64,000 bases of DNA from an uncultured beta proteobacterium (GTDB taxonomy: Bacteria; Pseudomonadota; Gammaproteobacteria; Burkholderiales; Burkholderiaceae_F), in NCBI GenBank assembly GCA_963739145.1, contig CAVTZO010000015.1:7335-71334 (forward strand), in the 5' to 3' direction. A program made the translations under genes and the position numbers. Below, one piece after another: positions 1-10,204 of this stretch. Position 1 is the first letter of the stretch, and the number at the start of each line of letters is the position of its first letter. The notes under the pieces are model-generated. The model ran no database searches. It worked only from the letters and a program-made list of their open reading frames with translations, and had not been told where the DNA came from.

Positions 1-1101
1 GCCGCGACGTTCCAGTCGCAGGTCGCCGTGCTGCTGCCCGACGATGCGGGCCGTTTGCGCGTGCCGGCGCAGGCGCTGGAGGACGTCGACCTAGGTGCCG
101 CCCAGTGGAGCTTCGATCGCGGTGCGCCGGCCGGATTGAACACCGATACGCTGGCCGGCTCGAAGTGCCTGTACCTGCCCCTGCGGGCGCCTATGCGCGT
201 GCGCGGCGTTTTGGTGCTCAAGCCGCGCGTGCGCCGGCTGCTGCAGATCCCGGAACTGCGTCAGCAGCTCGACACGTTCGCTTCCTTGATCGGGATTTCC
301 CTTGAGCGCGTTCACTACGTCGAGGTGGCCCGCCAGGCGGCGATGACGATCGAAACCGAGCGTCTGCGCAACACGGTGCTGTCCTCGCTGTCGCACGACC
401 TGCGCACGCCGGTGGCGGCATTGATCGGTCTGGCCGAGTCGCTGACGCTGCAGCCGCCGCCGATTTCGGCGGCGCAGAGCGAGACGGCGCGCGCGCTGGT
501 CGAGCAGGCGCGCCGCATTTCACGCATGCTCGAGAACTTGCTCGAGATGGCCCGCCTGAGCGCTGGCGCCACGCGGCTGAACCTGGGCTGGAACGCGCTG
601 GAGGAGACGGTAGGCACCGCGCTCGCCGCGTTGCAGGGAATCCTGGCGCGCCACACGATCCAGATCGACCTGCCGGCCGACCTGCCGCTGGTCGAATACG
701 ATGCGCTGTTGATGGAGCGGGTGTTCGCCAATCTTGTCGAGAACGCCGCCAAGTACACGCCGCCGGGAAGCCGTATCCGCATCGAGGCGCGGGCGCAGTC
801 GCAGCAGCTGTCGATCCAGGTGTGCGACAACGGTCCGGGACTTCCATCGGGACGCGAGCAGGCGGTGTTCGAACCCTTCGAGCGCGGCAGCCGCGAGGAT
901 GCCCGCCCCGGTGTCGGTCTCGGACTCGCGCTGGCCCGCGCCATCGTGGAGGCGCACCACGGCACCTTGATCGCCGAGCCCGCGCCGGGCGGCGGAGCCT
1001 GCTTTCGGATCACGCTGCCGCGCCGCGATCCGCCGCAGGCGCCCGACGAAGCGGTATCGGACGCGGCCGCGCCCGGCGGCCAGGTAGGCGGGGCCTCGTG
1101 A
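1..1101 (+). CDS. kdpD: Sensor histidine kinase KdpD, C-terminal part (5' end lies outside the window)
   Basis: The frame is open from base 1. The translation shows a GAF-like segment, the H-box SSLSHDLRTP and ATPase boxes (DNGPGL, GVGLGLA). Its stop overlaps (GTGA) the start of an OmpR-type regulator, as in kdpDE. Confidence 0.85.
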   Translation, partial: AATFQSQVAVLLPDDAGRLRVPAQALEDVDLGAAQWSFDRGAPAGLNTDTLAGSKCLYLPLRAPMRVRGVLVLKPRVRRLLQIPELRQQLDTFASLIGISLERVHYVEVARQAAMTIETERLRNTVLSSLSHDLRTPVAALIGLAESLTLQPPPISAAQSETARALVEQARRISRMLENLLEMARLSAGATRLNLGWNALEETVGTALAALQGILARHTIQIDLPADLPLVEYDALLMERVFANLVENAAKYTPPGSRIRIEARAQSQQLSIQVCDNGPGLPSGREQAVFEPFERGSREDARPGVGLGLALARAIVEAHHGTLIAEPAPGGGACFRITLPRRDPPQAPDEAVSDAAAPGGQVGGAS

Positions 1102-1787
1102 ACGCCGCTGCGGTGGCGATCGTGGTCGAGGACGAGCCCCAGATCCGGCGCTTCGTGCGCACCGCGCTCGAGTCCGAAGACTGGCGCGTGTTCGAGGCGG
1201 CCACCTTGAAAGAGGGGTTGTCGGAGACCGCGACGCGACGCCCGGAACTGGTCGTACTCGATCTGGCTTTACCGGACGGCGACGGCATCGAACTGGTGCG
1301 CTCGATGCGGGCGTGGTCCAGTTCGCCGATCCTGGTGCTGTCGGCACGGGGTGAGGAAAAAGACAAGATCCGCGCGCTGGACGCGGGAGCCGACGACTAC
1401 CTGACCAAGCCCTTTGGCATCGGCGAGCTGCTGGCGCGCGTGCGCGCGCTGGCGCGGCGCCGGATCCGTGCCGATTCCGGCGAACCGGTGTTCCGGGTCG
1501 GCGACGTCGAAGTCGACTTCGCCAGCCGGCGCGTCAAGCGTGCCGGCCAGATCGTGCGCCTGACGCCGATCGAATACCGACTTCTGACGCTGCTCGCCAC
1601 CAATGCAGGTCGCGTGTTGACCCATCGGCAGATTCTGCGCGAGGTGTGGGGTCCGGCCCACGTCGAGCACGAGCACTACACCCGGATCTACATGGGCCAT
1701 CTTCGCCGCAAGCTCGAGGCCGATCCGGCCCAGCCGCGCTTCTTGTTGACGGAAACGGCCGTGGGCTACAGGCTGGCGACGGACTAG
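1098..1787 (+). CDS. kdpE: OmpR-family response regulator KdpE
   Basis: GTG at 1098 overlaps the kdpD stop. The translation has a receiver domain (VVEDEPQIRRF...VLDLALPDGDG) and a winged-helix C-terminus (LTPIEYRLL...GYRL). Confidence 0.85.
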   Translation: MNAAAVAIVVEDEPQIRRFVRTALESEDWRVFEAATLKEGLSETATRRPELVVLDLALPDGDGIELVRSMRAWSSSPILVLSARGEEKDKIRALDAGADDYLTKPFGIGELLARVRALARRRIRADSGEPVFRVGDVEVDFASRRVKRAGQIVRLTPIEYRLLTLLATNAGRVLTHRQILREVWGPAHVEHEHYTRIYMGHLRRKLEADPAQPRFLLTETAVGYRLATD

Positions 1788-3322
1788 GGTTTTGTAAGCG
1801 GGAGAGACCTCCCCAGCATCCGCCTCTGGCGGGTTCTTTCCCGGAACCATGGTTCCGGGGTAGACCTCCCCAGCATCCGCCTCTGGCGGGTTCTTTCCCG
1901 GAACCATGGTTCCGGGGTAGGGAGGACAACATTCAGAACGAGCTTACGTTGTCGCCGCTGGTGCCGACGAGCACGTGGCCGTGCAGGTTCCCGGCCATCT
2001 TGCCAGCCGGGTCGGTGATGACCCGTGGGGACCGGGCCAGACCAGCCGCCGGGCAGCGCCCTTTCGCTGCTGAACGCATTGCCAGCGGAATCGATCGCAA
2101 CGAACTGCGTCGTGTAGCTCACCGCGACCAGGTTGGCGGCGCCGGCAATCGGCACCGGGAACCACGAGGCCGCGCTAACGCCCGTCGTGACGGCGGTGCT
2201 TTGATACGCGGTGCCCTGGTCCCCGACCACGACCCAGGTGTTGATCACGGTCGGCGTGTTGCCGCCGACGCCGATCACTCCATTGCCGGTTTCGTTGTTG
2301 TCGAAATTGCCGTAGACGACCCCCCGCAACGCGACGGAGCCGCCGGCGAGCAGGTTGGTGACCCAGGTGGCGCCGCCGTCGAACGAGATGTCGACGACGC
2401 CCCCGTCTCCAACCGCCAGGCAGGTCGTGCCGACGCACGTGATCGAGTTAAGATTGGCGGTCGTATTCGACGGCTGGACGGTCCATGTGACCCCGTCCGG
2501 GCTGGTCTGGATTCGCCCGCTGTCGCCGACTGCCACAAAGCTTGCGCCGGTCCAGTCCACCGAGCGCAAGATCGGAGCTGATGCGTTGGGCCCCACGCTG
2601 GCCGTCCAAGTAACCGCGTCGCCGCTGCGAATCACGGCGCCCCCGGCGCCGACCGCAACGAACAGATAATTGGGAGCGGCCGGGTTATTCACAGAGGCGG
2701 TAAAGGCGACGACTCCGTACAGGTCGACCGAATATCCGGCCGGGGTGCGGGACGTCCAGTTGGCGCCGTTTGCACTGGAGAAGATCGCACCCCCCGGCCC
2801 GACCGCCGCATAGACTCCGGTCGGATTGCCGCTCGAAAGGCAAGTCGTGATCGGCGTGTATCCGACGCCGTTAACGGGCGCCGTCATCGGCGAACCGACG
2901 CTCCAGGTCCCGGGGCCGCCCGCTGGACGCGGCGTGACGGCTATCAGCGGGCTTCCGGGGCCGCCGGGTGAAGTGCCCGTATGGGCCGTGACCGTGAAGT
3001 AGTAGGTCAGCCCGTTCACTGCGTAGCCGGGGCCGCCATTGCACAACAGACCGGGCGGCGTGGTGCCGTTGCTGTTGTTGTTCACGATCGCAAACCCCGC
3101 GATGGCGAGCTGGGTCCAGTTCTGCGGTGTCACATTCGGGTTGGTCGAACCGATGAGCAGGTAGTTGACCCCGTACTGGGGCGTCCAGTACAGGCCGGCG
3201 ATCCCGTCGCCGGCGACTGCCCGCGCATCGACCGGCGGAGGGGACGAACTGCCGCTGTTTCCAAGGCAGCCGGCCAGCCCGACGCTGGCGGCAACAAGAC
3301 AGATCAGGAAGCGAAGTTTCAC
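1784..3322 (-). CDS. BNR/Asp-box repeat lipoprotein (beta-propeller, Ycf48/sialidase-like); the C-terminus as assembled looks frame-broken
   Basis: Lipoprotein signal MKLRFLICLVAASVGLAGC. Repeated SxDxGxTW-type motifs are present (SSANGANWT, RSGDAVTWT, TSPDGVTWT, SFDGGATWV). The last ~70 aa are Arg-rich and read through the 57-bp repeat. An alternative frame ends at 1933-1935 (see findings). Confidence 0.6.
   Translation of the reverse strand: MKLRFLICLVAASVGLAGCLGNSGSSSPPPVDARAVAGDGIAGLYWTPQYGVNYLLIGSTNPNVTPQNWTQLAIAGFAIVNNNSNGTTPPGLLCNGGPGYAVNGLTYYFTVTAHTGTSPGGPGSPLIAVTPRPAGGPGTWSVGSPMTAPVNGVGYTPITTCLSSGNPTGVYAAVGPGGAIFSSANGANWTSRTPAGYSVDLYGVVAFTASVNNPAAPNYLFVAVGAGGAVIRSGDAVTWTASVGPNASAPILRSVDWTGASFVAVGDSGRIQTSPDGVTWTVQPSNTTANLNSITCVGTTCLAVGDGGVVDISFDGGATWVTNLLAGGSVALRGVVYGNFDNNETGNGVIGVGGNTPTVINTWVVVGDQGTAYQSTAVTTGVSAASWFPVPIAGAANLVAVSYTTQFVAIDSAGNAFSSERALPGGWSGPVPTGHHRPGWQDGREPARPRARRHQRRQRKLVLNVVLPTPEPWFRERTRQRRMLGRSTPEPWFRERTRQRRMLGRSLPLTKP
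1805..1918. repeat. Perfect 2 x 57-bp tandem repeat, each unit carrying the 20-bp palindrome CCCGGAACCATGGTTCCGGG
   Basis: Read directly: 1805-1861 is identical to 1862-1918. The repeat lies between convergent kdpE and the BNR lipoprotein gene. Confidence 0.9.
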
Positions 3323-3641
3323 GGTCGACTCGAAAGAGGGGCGCTTGCGCTTGGCGGAAGGACAGCCCAGCTCACCGGGCGTCGCGAGGGGCGCTCACCC
3401 GGCGAAAAACGCGCACTGTATCACCGTGTACGAATGTAACCGGGGCCGCATTTGCCGCCGACGGCCCCCGGACGCGGCGCCGACAGGACGAAACGGCGAC
3501 TGCCGAAGGCAACGGCGCTTTCGCGCCTTTGCGCTCGGTCAAGTCCATAAGGTTACGAGCTTCTAAGCTTGCAGGGTCCATTCGGCTGCAGCTCGCGGCA
3601 CTGGATAGGCCGCGCAGCGAGCAGGCAGCAGGAGAAGCCTG

Positions 3642-4058
3642 ATGACCGCTGTCGATTCCGATTTCAGCCACAACCAGCTGCTGGTCGGGTTCAAACCGAT
3701 CGACGATCTGCACCGTGAATTCCAGGACATCCTGGATGCGCTGACCGATCCGACCGAGGCCGACTTCGGCAAGGATCTGCTCGGGTTGCACAAGCACCTG
3801 CTGCGGCACTGCGCGATCGAGGAGGAGTTCATGCGCCAGGAGGACTACCCGCACATCGACCGCCATCGGCTGGAGCACCAGCACCTGCTCGAATCGGTGT
3901 CCGATGCACGGCGTCGCTTCGATGGGGGCGATGTGGACGGAACCCGTAGCTTCTGCTTCGATCTGCTGGACTGGTTCAGGATCCACGCCCAGAGCGAGGA
4001 CGCCCAGCTTGCCGCGTTCCTCGAGGGCAGGCCGGTCGCACCAAACCCTCCGCTCTGA
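3642..4058 (+). CDS. Hemerythrin-like metal-binding protein
   Basis: AGGAGAA lies 5 nt upstream of the ATG. The His/Glu/Asp spacing is typical of bacteriohemerythrins (HREF..., HKHLLRHCAIEEEFM, HIDRHRLEHQHL, FRIHAQSED). Confidence 0.65.
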   Translation: MTAVDSDFSHNQLLVGFKPIDDLHREFQDILDALTDPTEADFGKDLLGLHKHLLRHCAIEEEFMRQEDYPHIDRHRLEHQHLLESVSDARRRFDGGDVDGTRSFCFDLLDWFRIHAQSEDAQLAAFLEGRPVAPNPPL

Positions 4059-4060
4059 TC

Positions 4061-4102
4061 GCCCTCACCCCGACCCTCTCCCACTGCGTGGGAGAGGGAG
4101 AA
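4061..4102. repeat. REP-like element (CTCACCCC...CCCTCTCCCA-loop-TGGGAGAGGG)
   Basis: A 10-bp GC-rich stem sits next to a GGGGTGAGGG-type arm. The same family recurs at 15885-15985, 24495-24614 and 29841-29880. Confidence 0.7.
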
Positions 4103-4141
4103 CGGCTTCTCCCAACCACTCCTCTCTGGAAAAAAGGCGCT

Positions 4142-6064
4142 TTAGAGCGCCCCTTTCCTCGATCGTCGCAGCAGGAATCGGGCCGGATCGACTGTCGCCG
4201 CCAGCGAGCGCTCCACCGGCACCGGCTCGCCCCCTACCATGCAGGCCACCAGCTCGCCCAGCAGCGGCGCCAGCGCAAGGCCGCGCGATCCGAGCGCAAA
4301 GCAGCAGTAAAGGCCGGTGCGCCGCGGCAGGTCGGCCAGATGCGCCCCCTGCAGGCTCGAGCGGTTGGCCCGCACGGCGCGCTCGTCGCCGACCGCCCCG
4401 GCCAGCGGAGTCCGATCGGTTGCGACGCATCGGATCGCATCGAAGCCGCCGTCGATTCGCGCGCAGACGGGCCGTGCCAGCAATTGCACCAGCCGATCCA
4501 GATTGGTCTGGTGCGCGGTTTCCTCGGAAATCTCCGATGCCTGGTCCGGATCGACCTCCTCGTAGGTGGCTCCGACCGCGATGCGACCATCCAGGCCGGG
4601 CACCAGGTAGCCCTTGCCGGCAATGCCGGCGCGAAGCGCCGCGAGCTCCCCGGCCGCGAGCCGGGTGAGGCGGCCCCGGATCGCTCGCACGGGCGTGAAG
4701 TCCGTCTCGAGCAGGCGCGGCGCGTCCATTGCCGATGCGATCACGACAACCGACGCGCGCCGGCTCAAGCCGGCATCGTCCTCGATCTGCCACGCGCCCC
4801 CCTGTGCAACGATCCGCAGCGCCCGGCAGCCGGCGACCAGCCGGATCGCCGCGTGGCCGGCCAGCATCGCGCGGCACCACGCGGCAGCCGAGACGACCGC
4901 TGCGTCCGCGAACCAGAATCCGCCACGCCGGGTTGGCAGTCCCACCAGGTCGACCGCTTGCGGCGCGGGGCACCAGCGCACATAGCCGGTCGGCCAGGCC
5001 TGTTGCCGCAGCAGGTCGGGCCAGCAGCCGTGCGCCAGCTCGTCCTCGGCGAGCTGCAGAACCCCGCTCGCGGCCATCAGCGGTTCGTCCGGGCGCAGGC
5101 CGTCGAGTTGTCGGCGCCCGTACAGGAAGCCGGCCCGCGTCAGGCGAGCCGCGTGGCTGTCGTCGGCCGCGAGCGTCGGGTGCAGCAGGCCCGACGGCAG
5201 CGCTGAAGCGCCGCACGCCACGCGCGAACCCTGATCGAGCAGCGTGACCTGCCATCCGCGTTGCGCCAGCGCGAGCGCGCTGGCGCATCCGGCCAGGCCC
5301 GCTCCGATCACGATCGCGTCGCGCGCGCCGGTGTAAGGCGACGGCGGCTCATGCCTTCGCGTCCGGTAGCGCGGCGCGTAACGCGCGACCAGCATGTGCC
5401 GCTTGGCATCGAATCCCTCGCGCAGCGCCACCTCGAAGCCGGCTGCGGCGAGCGCGTCGCGCACTGCGCGCGCCACGGTCCAGCTGGCCAGCGTGGCGCC
5501 GGGCCGCGCCAGGCGCGCCAGGGCCTTGAGCAGCGGCGGGTCCCACAGGTCCGGATTGCGCTCCGGAGCGAAGCCGTCCAGGTAGAACGCGTCGGCACCC
5601 AGCATCAGGTCCGGAACAAGGGCCTGCGCATCGCCCAGACCGAGCGTCAGCGTGACGCCGCCCGTCTCGAAGTTCAGCCGATGCAGGCCGCTCAAGGGCG
5701 GCGGCCAGATGCGCGCCAGCTCGCCGGCGAGCGCGGCCAGGGGCGGCGCAGCGCAGCGGATCAGGTCGGTCGCCGGCAGCGGGTGGCGTTCGATTGAGAC
5801 GAACTGCAGACTGCGCGGCCGGCGCGGATCGTCGCGCCAGGCCTGCCAGGTCGCCAGGAAGTTGGTTCCCAGGCCGAAGCCGGTCTCGACGATGACGAAC
5901 TGCTCACGACCCGCCCAGCGGGCCGGCAGATCGTTGCCGCCCAGGAACACGTGCCTGGCCTGCCCGAGCGCTCCGCCGCGGCTCGCGTACACGTCGCCAT
6001 AGCGCCGCGAGAACGGCACGCCGTCCGAGTCGAACTGCAGCGCCTCGAGCTCGATTCCCGCCAT
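4142..6064 (-). CDS. mnmC: Bifunctional tRNA (mnm5s2U34) methyltransferase / FAD-dependent cmnm5s2U34 oxidoreductase
   Basis: 640 aa. The N-terminal DUF752-type methyltransferase region (FSRRYGDVY...ETGFGLGTNFL) is followed by a DAO domain with VIGAGLAGCASALALAQRG. Confidence 0.85.
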   Translation of the reverse strand: MAGIELEALQFDSDGVPFSRRYGDVYASRGGALGQARHVFLGGNDLPARWAGREQFVIVETGFGLGTNFLATWQAWRDDPRRPRSLQFVSIERHPLPATDLIRCAAPPLAALAGELARIWPPPLSGLHRLNFETGGVTLTLGLGDAQALVPDLMLGADAFYLDGFAPERNPDLWDPPLLKALARLARPGATLASWTVARAVRDALAAAGFEVALREGFDAKRHMLVARYAPRYRTRRHEPPSPYTGARDAIVIGAGLAGCASALALAQRGWQVTLLDQGSRVACGASALPSGLLHPTLAADDSHAARLTRAGFLYGRRQLDGLRPDEPLMAASGVLQLAEDELAHGCWPDLLRQQAWPTGYVRWCPAPQAVDLVGLPTRRGGFWFADAAVVSAAAWCRAMLAGHAAIRLVAGCRALRIVAQGGAWQIEDDAGLSRRASVVVIASAMDAPRLLETDFTPVRAIRGRLTRLAAGELAALRAGIAGKGYLVPGLDGRIAVGATYEEVDPDQASEISEETAHQTNLDRLVQLLARPVCARIDGGFDAIRCVATDRTPLAGAVGDERAVRANRSSLQGAHLADLPRRTGLYCCFALGSRGLALAPLLGELVACMVGGEPVPVERSLAATVDPARFLLRRSRKGAL

Positions 6065-6084
6065 CCGCGCAGACCGGCGCGAGA

Positions 6085-8100
6085 TCAGCCCTGCAGACGC
6101 CGCTCGATGTCGTGCAGTTCCAGGTGCGCCTCATCGGCGCTCTCGAAGATGTGCGGCGCCACGCCGCGCCGGTTCAACGCGTGGCCCAGCTTTATCCGCA
6201 GAAAGGTGCTGGTCGTATAGCGCGTCACGTCGATGTAGAAGCGCTGCGTCAGGTCGCGCACCATATCCGAATAATCGTCGATCACCTCGGGCGCTATCGT
6301 GAAATTCTCGTAGTTGACGATCGCGAACACCTTGCGCTCCAGCGCGCCGATACGCTGTTCGACCGCGGTGCGGATCGCCTCCACGTCCTCGCGGTTGCGC
6401 ACCGTGTAGCCCTCGAAGTTGATGAACAGGATGTTCTGCTGCGCGTCGTAGAACAGGCGCCGGGGCAGCGGCACGTTCAGCATGTCGTCGCGCAGCCCCA
6501 TCGCGTCCGGCCGGAAGATGCGCGGATCCATTGCGCGCGGCGTGTCGCGGATGATCGGCTCGAAGTTCATGCGCGCCAGGATGTCCCGTTCCAGGTCCAT
6601 GCCCGGCGCCACCTCGATCAGTTCCAGTCCCTGCGCGCTCAACGCGAACACGCAGCGCTCGGTCACGTAAAGCACCCGGTGACCGCGCTGCGCCGCGTAG
6701 CGGCCGCTGAAGGTGCGGTGCTCGACCTCGCGCACGAACTTGACCGCGCCAGCCTGATCGACGATCTTCAACTGCCCGTCGGCGAGGTCGATCTGCAGTC
6801 CACCCGCGCAGAACGTCCCCACGAACACGACCTTCTTGGCATTCTGGCTGATGTTGATGAAGCCGCCCGCGCCGGCCACCTTGCTTCCGAACCGGCTGAC
6901 GTTGACGTTGCCCTCCAGGTCGGCTTCGGCCAGGCCCAGGAACGCCAAGTCCAGCCCTCCGCCGTCGTACAGGTCGAACTGGTAGGGCTGATCGATCACC
7001 GCCTGCGTGTTGGTTGCGGCGCCGAAATTCAGTCCCCCGGCGGGGATACCTCCGATCACTCCGGGCTCGGCGGTCAGCGTGATCAGGTCGACGATGCGCT
7101 CCTCGGCCGCGACCTGGGCGATGCCCTCGGGCATGCCGATACCCAGATTCACCACGCTGTTGGGCCGCAATTCCAGCGCGGCGCGGCGCGCGATAATCTT
7201 GCGCTCGCTCATCGGCATCGAGCCGATCGAAGTGGCCGGGACACGGATCTCGCCGGAAAACGCGGGGTCGTACTGCACTGCGAACGTCTGCCAGTGATGC
7301 TCCGGTTGCGCCTGCACCACGCAGTCGACCAGCACGCCCGGGATCTTCACCTGGCGCGGGTTCAGCGAGCCGCGTTCCGCCACCCGCTCGACCTGGACGA
7401 TCACGACTCCGCCGGAATTTCGCACGGCCGTGGCGATCGACAGCGCCTCCAGCGTCAGCGCCTCCTTTTCCATCGTCACATTGCCGTCCGTATCGGCCGT
7501 GGTTCCTCGGATGATCCCCACATCGATCGGAAACGTCCGGTACAGGAGACATTCCTCGCCGTGGATCAAGATCAGCTCGACCAGTTCCTCCTGCGTGCGC
7601 TCGTTCAGCTTGCCGCCGCCGAAGCGCGGATCGACGAACGTGCCCAGACCGACCCGGGAAAGGTGCGCCGGCCGCCGTGCCGCGATATCGCGATAAAGGT
7701 GCGTGATGACGCCCTGCGGCAGGTTGTACGCCTCGATCCGGTTGGCGATCGCCATGCGCTGCAGCGCCGGTACCAGGCCCCAGTGCCCGCCGATCACCCG
7801 TCGGACCAGCCCCTCGTGCCCGAAGTGATTCAACCCGCGCTGCTTGCCATCGCCCTGGCCGGCGGCGTACACCAGCGTCAGGTTGCGCGGCTTGCCGGTC
7901 GCGCGGGGATGGCGATCCTCGTTCGACAGGTACAGGTCCTCGAGCGCGACCGCGATCGCTTCGGCAAAGCCGATGCCGACGAAGCCGCCGGTGGCTACCG
8001 TGTCGCCATCGCGAATCAGGCGAACGGCGTCCTCGGCCCCGATGACCTTGCCGTGGTGCGTGGCGCGCAACTCGGCCAGAAGCGGATGGCTGCTCAACAT
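6085..8100 (-). CDS. Acyl-CoA:acetate/3-ketoacid CoA-transferase family protein with a C-terminal extension
   Basis: The N-terminus [28 protein letters not shown] is typical of family I CoA-transferases. The ATG at 8100 is preferred because AGGGGGA lies 7 nt upstream. The listed ORF start is 8127. Confidence 0.75.
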   Translation of the reverse strand: MLSSHPLLAELRATHHGKVIGAEDAVRLIRDGDTVATGGFVGIGFAEAIAVALEDLYLSNEDRHPRATGKPRNLTLVYAAGQGDGKQRGLNHFGHEGLVRRVIGGHWGLVPALQRMAIANRIEAYNLPQGVITHLYRDIAARRPAHLSRVGLGTFVDPRFGGGKLNERTQEELVELILIHGEECLLYRTFPIDVGIIRGTTADTDGNVTMEKEALTLEALSIATAVRNSGGVVIVQVERVAERGSLNPRQVKIPGVLVDCVVQAQPEHHWQTFAVQYDPAFSGEIRVPATSIGSMPMSERKIIARRAALELRPNSVVNLGIGMPEGIAQVAAEERIVDLITLTAEPGVIGGIPAGGLNFGAATNTQAVIDQPYQFDLYDGGGLDLAFLGLAEADLEGNVNVSRFGSKVAGAGGFINISQNAKKVVFVGTFCAGGLQIDLADGQLKIVDQAGAVKFVREVEHRTFSGRYAAQRGHRVLYVTERCVFALSAQGLELIEVAPGMDLERDILARMNFEPIIRDTPRAMDPRIFRPDAMGLRDDMLNVPLPRRLFYDAQQNILFINFEGYTVRNREDVEAIRTAVEQRIGALERKVFAIVNYENFTIAPEVIDDYSDMVRDLTQRFYIDVTRYTTSTFLRIKLGHALNRRGVAPHIFESADEAHLELHDIERRLQG

Positions 8101-8158
8101 GCTGATCCCCCTAGCTGGCGACCTCACCCCCGGCGTTCGGTACGGAAAGACACTCGAG

Positions 8159-9346
8159 TCAATCCGTCCGGCCCCGATGCACGTCGTGCGTGACGAACGG
8201 CTGCTCCTCGCCCGGCTTTTCCAGCCAGTCGCGATGTTGAAGCGTGGCCTGCATGTCCGCCAGGCCGGTGGACCAGTGCTCGTTCATCGTCAGCAGGCCG
8301 AACTGGTAGTCCTTGTGATAGCTCTCGTACGGCTTGTCGCGATAGATCAGGTGGATCAGGTTGCGCCGCACCGTGCTGGCCAGCTCCTTCGCGCGCAGGT
8401 ACGAAGCGGTGCTGCGCCCGGATTCGGGCACCAGCGCCAGCACCTGATGCAGCAGGTGGCGGTAGTGGTTCGCCTCGTGCATGTAGCTGGTGATCATGCG
8501 GGTGCGGCTGGAGAACTGGATGTCCTTCTGGCGCACCGCCACCTGCAGCAGGTCCTTGGGCGGCGCCCCGATGGCGCTCCACAGATCGACCTGGAAGATC
8601 AGCGTATCGCGCCGGGGCGGCGTCGTCAGCACGTACTGCAGCGGCGTGTTGGAAACCAGTCCGCCGTCCCAGTAGAACTCGCCGTCGACCTCGACCGCCG
8701 GAAAGCCCGGCGGCAGTGCGCCGGACGCCATGAAATGCTCCGGGCCGAGCTTGCGCTGGGTGTTGTCGAAGTACACGAAATTGCCATTGCGCACGTTCAC
8801 CGCGCCCACCGACACGTGCATCTCATGGGTCTGGTTGATCCGATCGAAATCGACAAACCGCTCCAGGGTCGCGCGCAGCGGCCGCGTGTCGTAGTAGCTC
8901 GCCGTATGCGGGCCTGGCGCCGACAGCGCGTGCGAGTACCAGGGCCGCGGGACGAAGAAGCCGTTCTGTCCTTCCAGCAGCGCGCGGGTCGCTTCGATCG
9001 AGTCGACCAGAAGGCGCCAGGAATCGGGCATCTGGGCCGAGTCGGGCGCGACCGGCAGGGTCGGTGGCAGCCAGGGTTGCCGGCAGATCGACTCCCAGAA
9101 AGCCCGCAGCTGCTCGACGCGCCGCTGCGGCGGGTTGCCGGCGATCACCGCGGCATTCAGAGCTCCGATCGAGATGCCGGCGACCCAGTTCGGTTGCAGC
9201 CCGCCCTCGACCAGACCCTCGTACACGCCGGCCTGGTAGGACCCCAGTGCGCCGCCGCCTTGCAGCACCAGCGCCGTGATCTCGTAGTCCGGATGCGGCG
9301 CCCCGGCCTGGCCCGCCTTGATGGCGATCGTTTTGGGAGCGGTCAC
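8159..9346 (-). CDS. Patatin-like phospholipase with a DUF3734-like C-terminus
   Basis: The motifs [20 protein letters not shown] (GxSxG) and [10 protein letters not shown] (catalytic Asp) are present. GTG at 9346 overlaps the reconstructed bdhA stop (GTGA). The listed 547-aa ORF is an artefactual fusion with bdhA sequence. Confidence 0.7.
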   Translation of the reverse strand: MTAPKTIAIKAGQAGAPHPDYEITALVLQGGGALGSYQAGVYEGLVEGGLQPNWVAGISIGALNAAVIAGNPPQRRVEQLRAFWESICRQPWLPPTLPVAPDSAQMPDSWRLLVDSIEATRALLEGQNGFFVPRPWYSHALSAPGPHTASYYDTRPLRATLERFVDFDRINQTHEMHVSVGAVNVRNGNFVYFDNTQRKLGPEHFMASGALPPGFPAVEVDGEFYWDGGLVSNTPLQYVLTTPPRRDTLIFQVDLWSAIGAPPKDLLQVAVRQKDIQFSSRTRMITSYMHEANHYRHLLHQVLALVPESGRSTASYLRAKELASTVRRNLIHLIYRDKPYESYHKDYQFGLLTMNEHWSTGLADMQATLQHRDWLEKPGEEQPFVTHDVHRGRTD

Positions 9347-10128
9347 TGCATGAACCACCCGTGGCTGACCACGAACGACTGCCCGGTCAGGGCGGCCGAC
9401 GGGGAACGCGCACAGGAAAAGCGCCGTCTGCGCCACGTCGTCGACCGTGGTGAAGATGCCGTCCACGGTGTCGCCGAGCATCACGCGCCGCACCACTTCC
9501 TCCTCGCTGATGCCCAGCTCCTTGGCCTGCTCGGGAATCTGCTTGTCCACCAGCGGCGTGCGCACGAAGCCCGGACAGATCACGTGCGAGCGCACGTTGT
9601 GCGCCGCCCCTTCCTTGGCCAGCACCCGCGCCAGCCCCAGCAGCCCGTGCTTGGCCGTCACGTACGCCGACTTCAGCGGCGAGGCCTCGTGCGAGTGCAC
9701 CGACCCCATGTAGATCACGGTGCCGCCGCGGTTGCCCGGGTACATGTACTTCAGGGCCGCCTTGGTGGTCAGGAAAGCCCCGTCCACGTGGATCGCCAGC
9801 ATCTTCTTCCAGTCCGCAGAACGAGTAGTTCTCGATCGGGTTGACGATCTGGATGCCGGCGTTGGACACCAGGATGTCCACGCCGCCGAAGGCGCGTGCC
9901 ACCTGGTCGGTCGCGCTGTTCACGGCCTCCTCGCTGGTCACGTCCATCGCAACGCCCATGGCGCGGCCGCCGGCCTTCTCGATCGAGGCGGCCACGGCCT
10001 GCGCCGCCTGCAGGTTCACGTCGGCGATGGCCACCCCGACGCCGTTGCCCGGCCAGCAGCTCGGCAATCGCCTTGCCGATGCCGCTGGCCGCCCCCGTCA
10101 CGATCGCGCTCTTTCCTTTCAGGTTCAT
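9343..10128 (-). pseudogene. bdhA: 3-hydroxybutyrate dehydrogenase-type SDR interrupted by three +/-1 frame breaks
   Basis: Four frame segments concatenate into a full SDR: MNLKGKSAIVTGAASGIGKAI..., ...[28 protein letters not shown]...[11 protein letters not shown]...FLCAFP, and [18 protein letters not shown]. The breaks lie near 10047-10052, ~9819 and 9401-9404. Confidence 0.75.
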
Positions 10129-10204
10129 CGTCTTGTCCTTTAGCGTCAATGCGCCGCAGTTTGACATGGCGGGCGCGTCGGGTTCATCGGCGCCGACCGC
10201 CGGG

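Noticed and set aside
1805-1918. Possible CRISPR array (also considered for the 103-bp repeats and the CTGATG array)
   Set aside because: No repeat-spacer regularity is present. The 57-bp units are directly adjacent with no spacers. The 103-bp copies are kilobases apart. The CTGATG units are far too short. No cas genes are present.
1646-2581. 311-aa plus-strand ORF starting inside kdpE and running through the tandem repeat
   Set aside because: It is out of frame with kdpE and antisense to the BNR lipoprotein gene. Its repeated peptide segments merely reflect the 57-bp DNA duplication.
3372-3986. 204-aa minus-strand ORF opposite the hemerythrin gene
   Set aside because: It is antisense to a gene with a strong RBS and conserved metal-ligand spacing, and it has no recognisable motifs.
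6112-8193. 693-aa plus-strand ORF. Similar long antisense ORFs occur at 7844..9844, 16549..18267, 28100..29665, 4065..5288, 15947..17719, 22586..23740 and 33967..35994.
   Set aside because: Each lies antisense to, or out of frame with, a gene carrying clear family motifs. Their translations are Arg/Ala/Gly/Pro-rich low-complexity sequence, typical of shadow ORFs in high-GC DNA.
8159-9802. 547-aa ORF that appears to be an SDR-patatin fusion protein
   Set aside because: The junction ([24 protein letters not shown]) is out-of-frame bdhA sequence. The adjacent frame gives the canonical bdhA C-terminus and stop, and a GTG start for patatin overlaps that stop.
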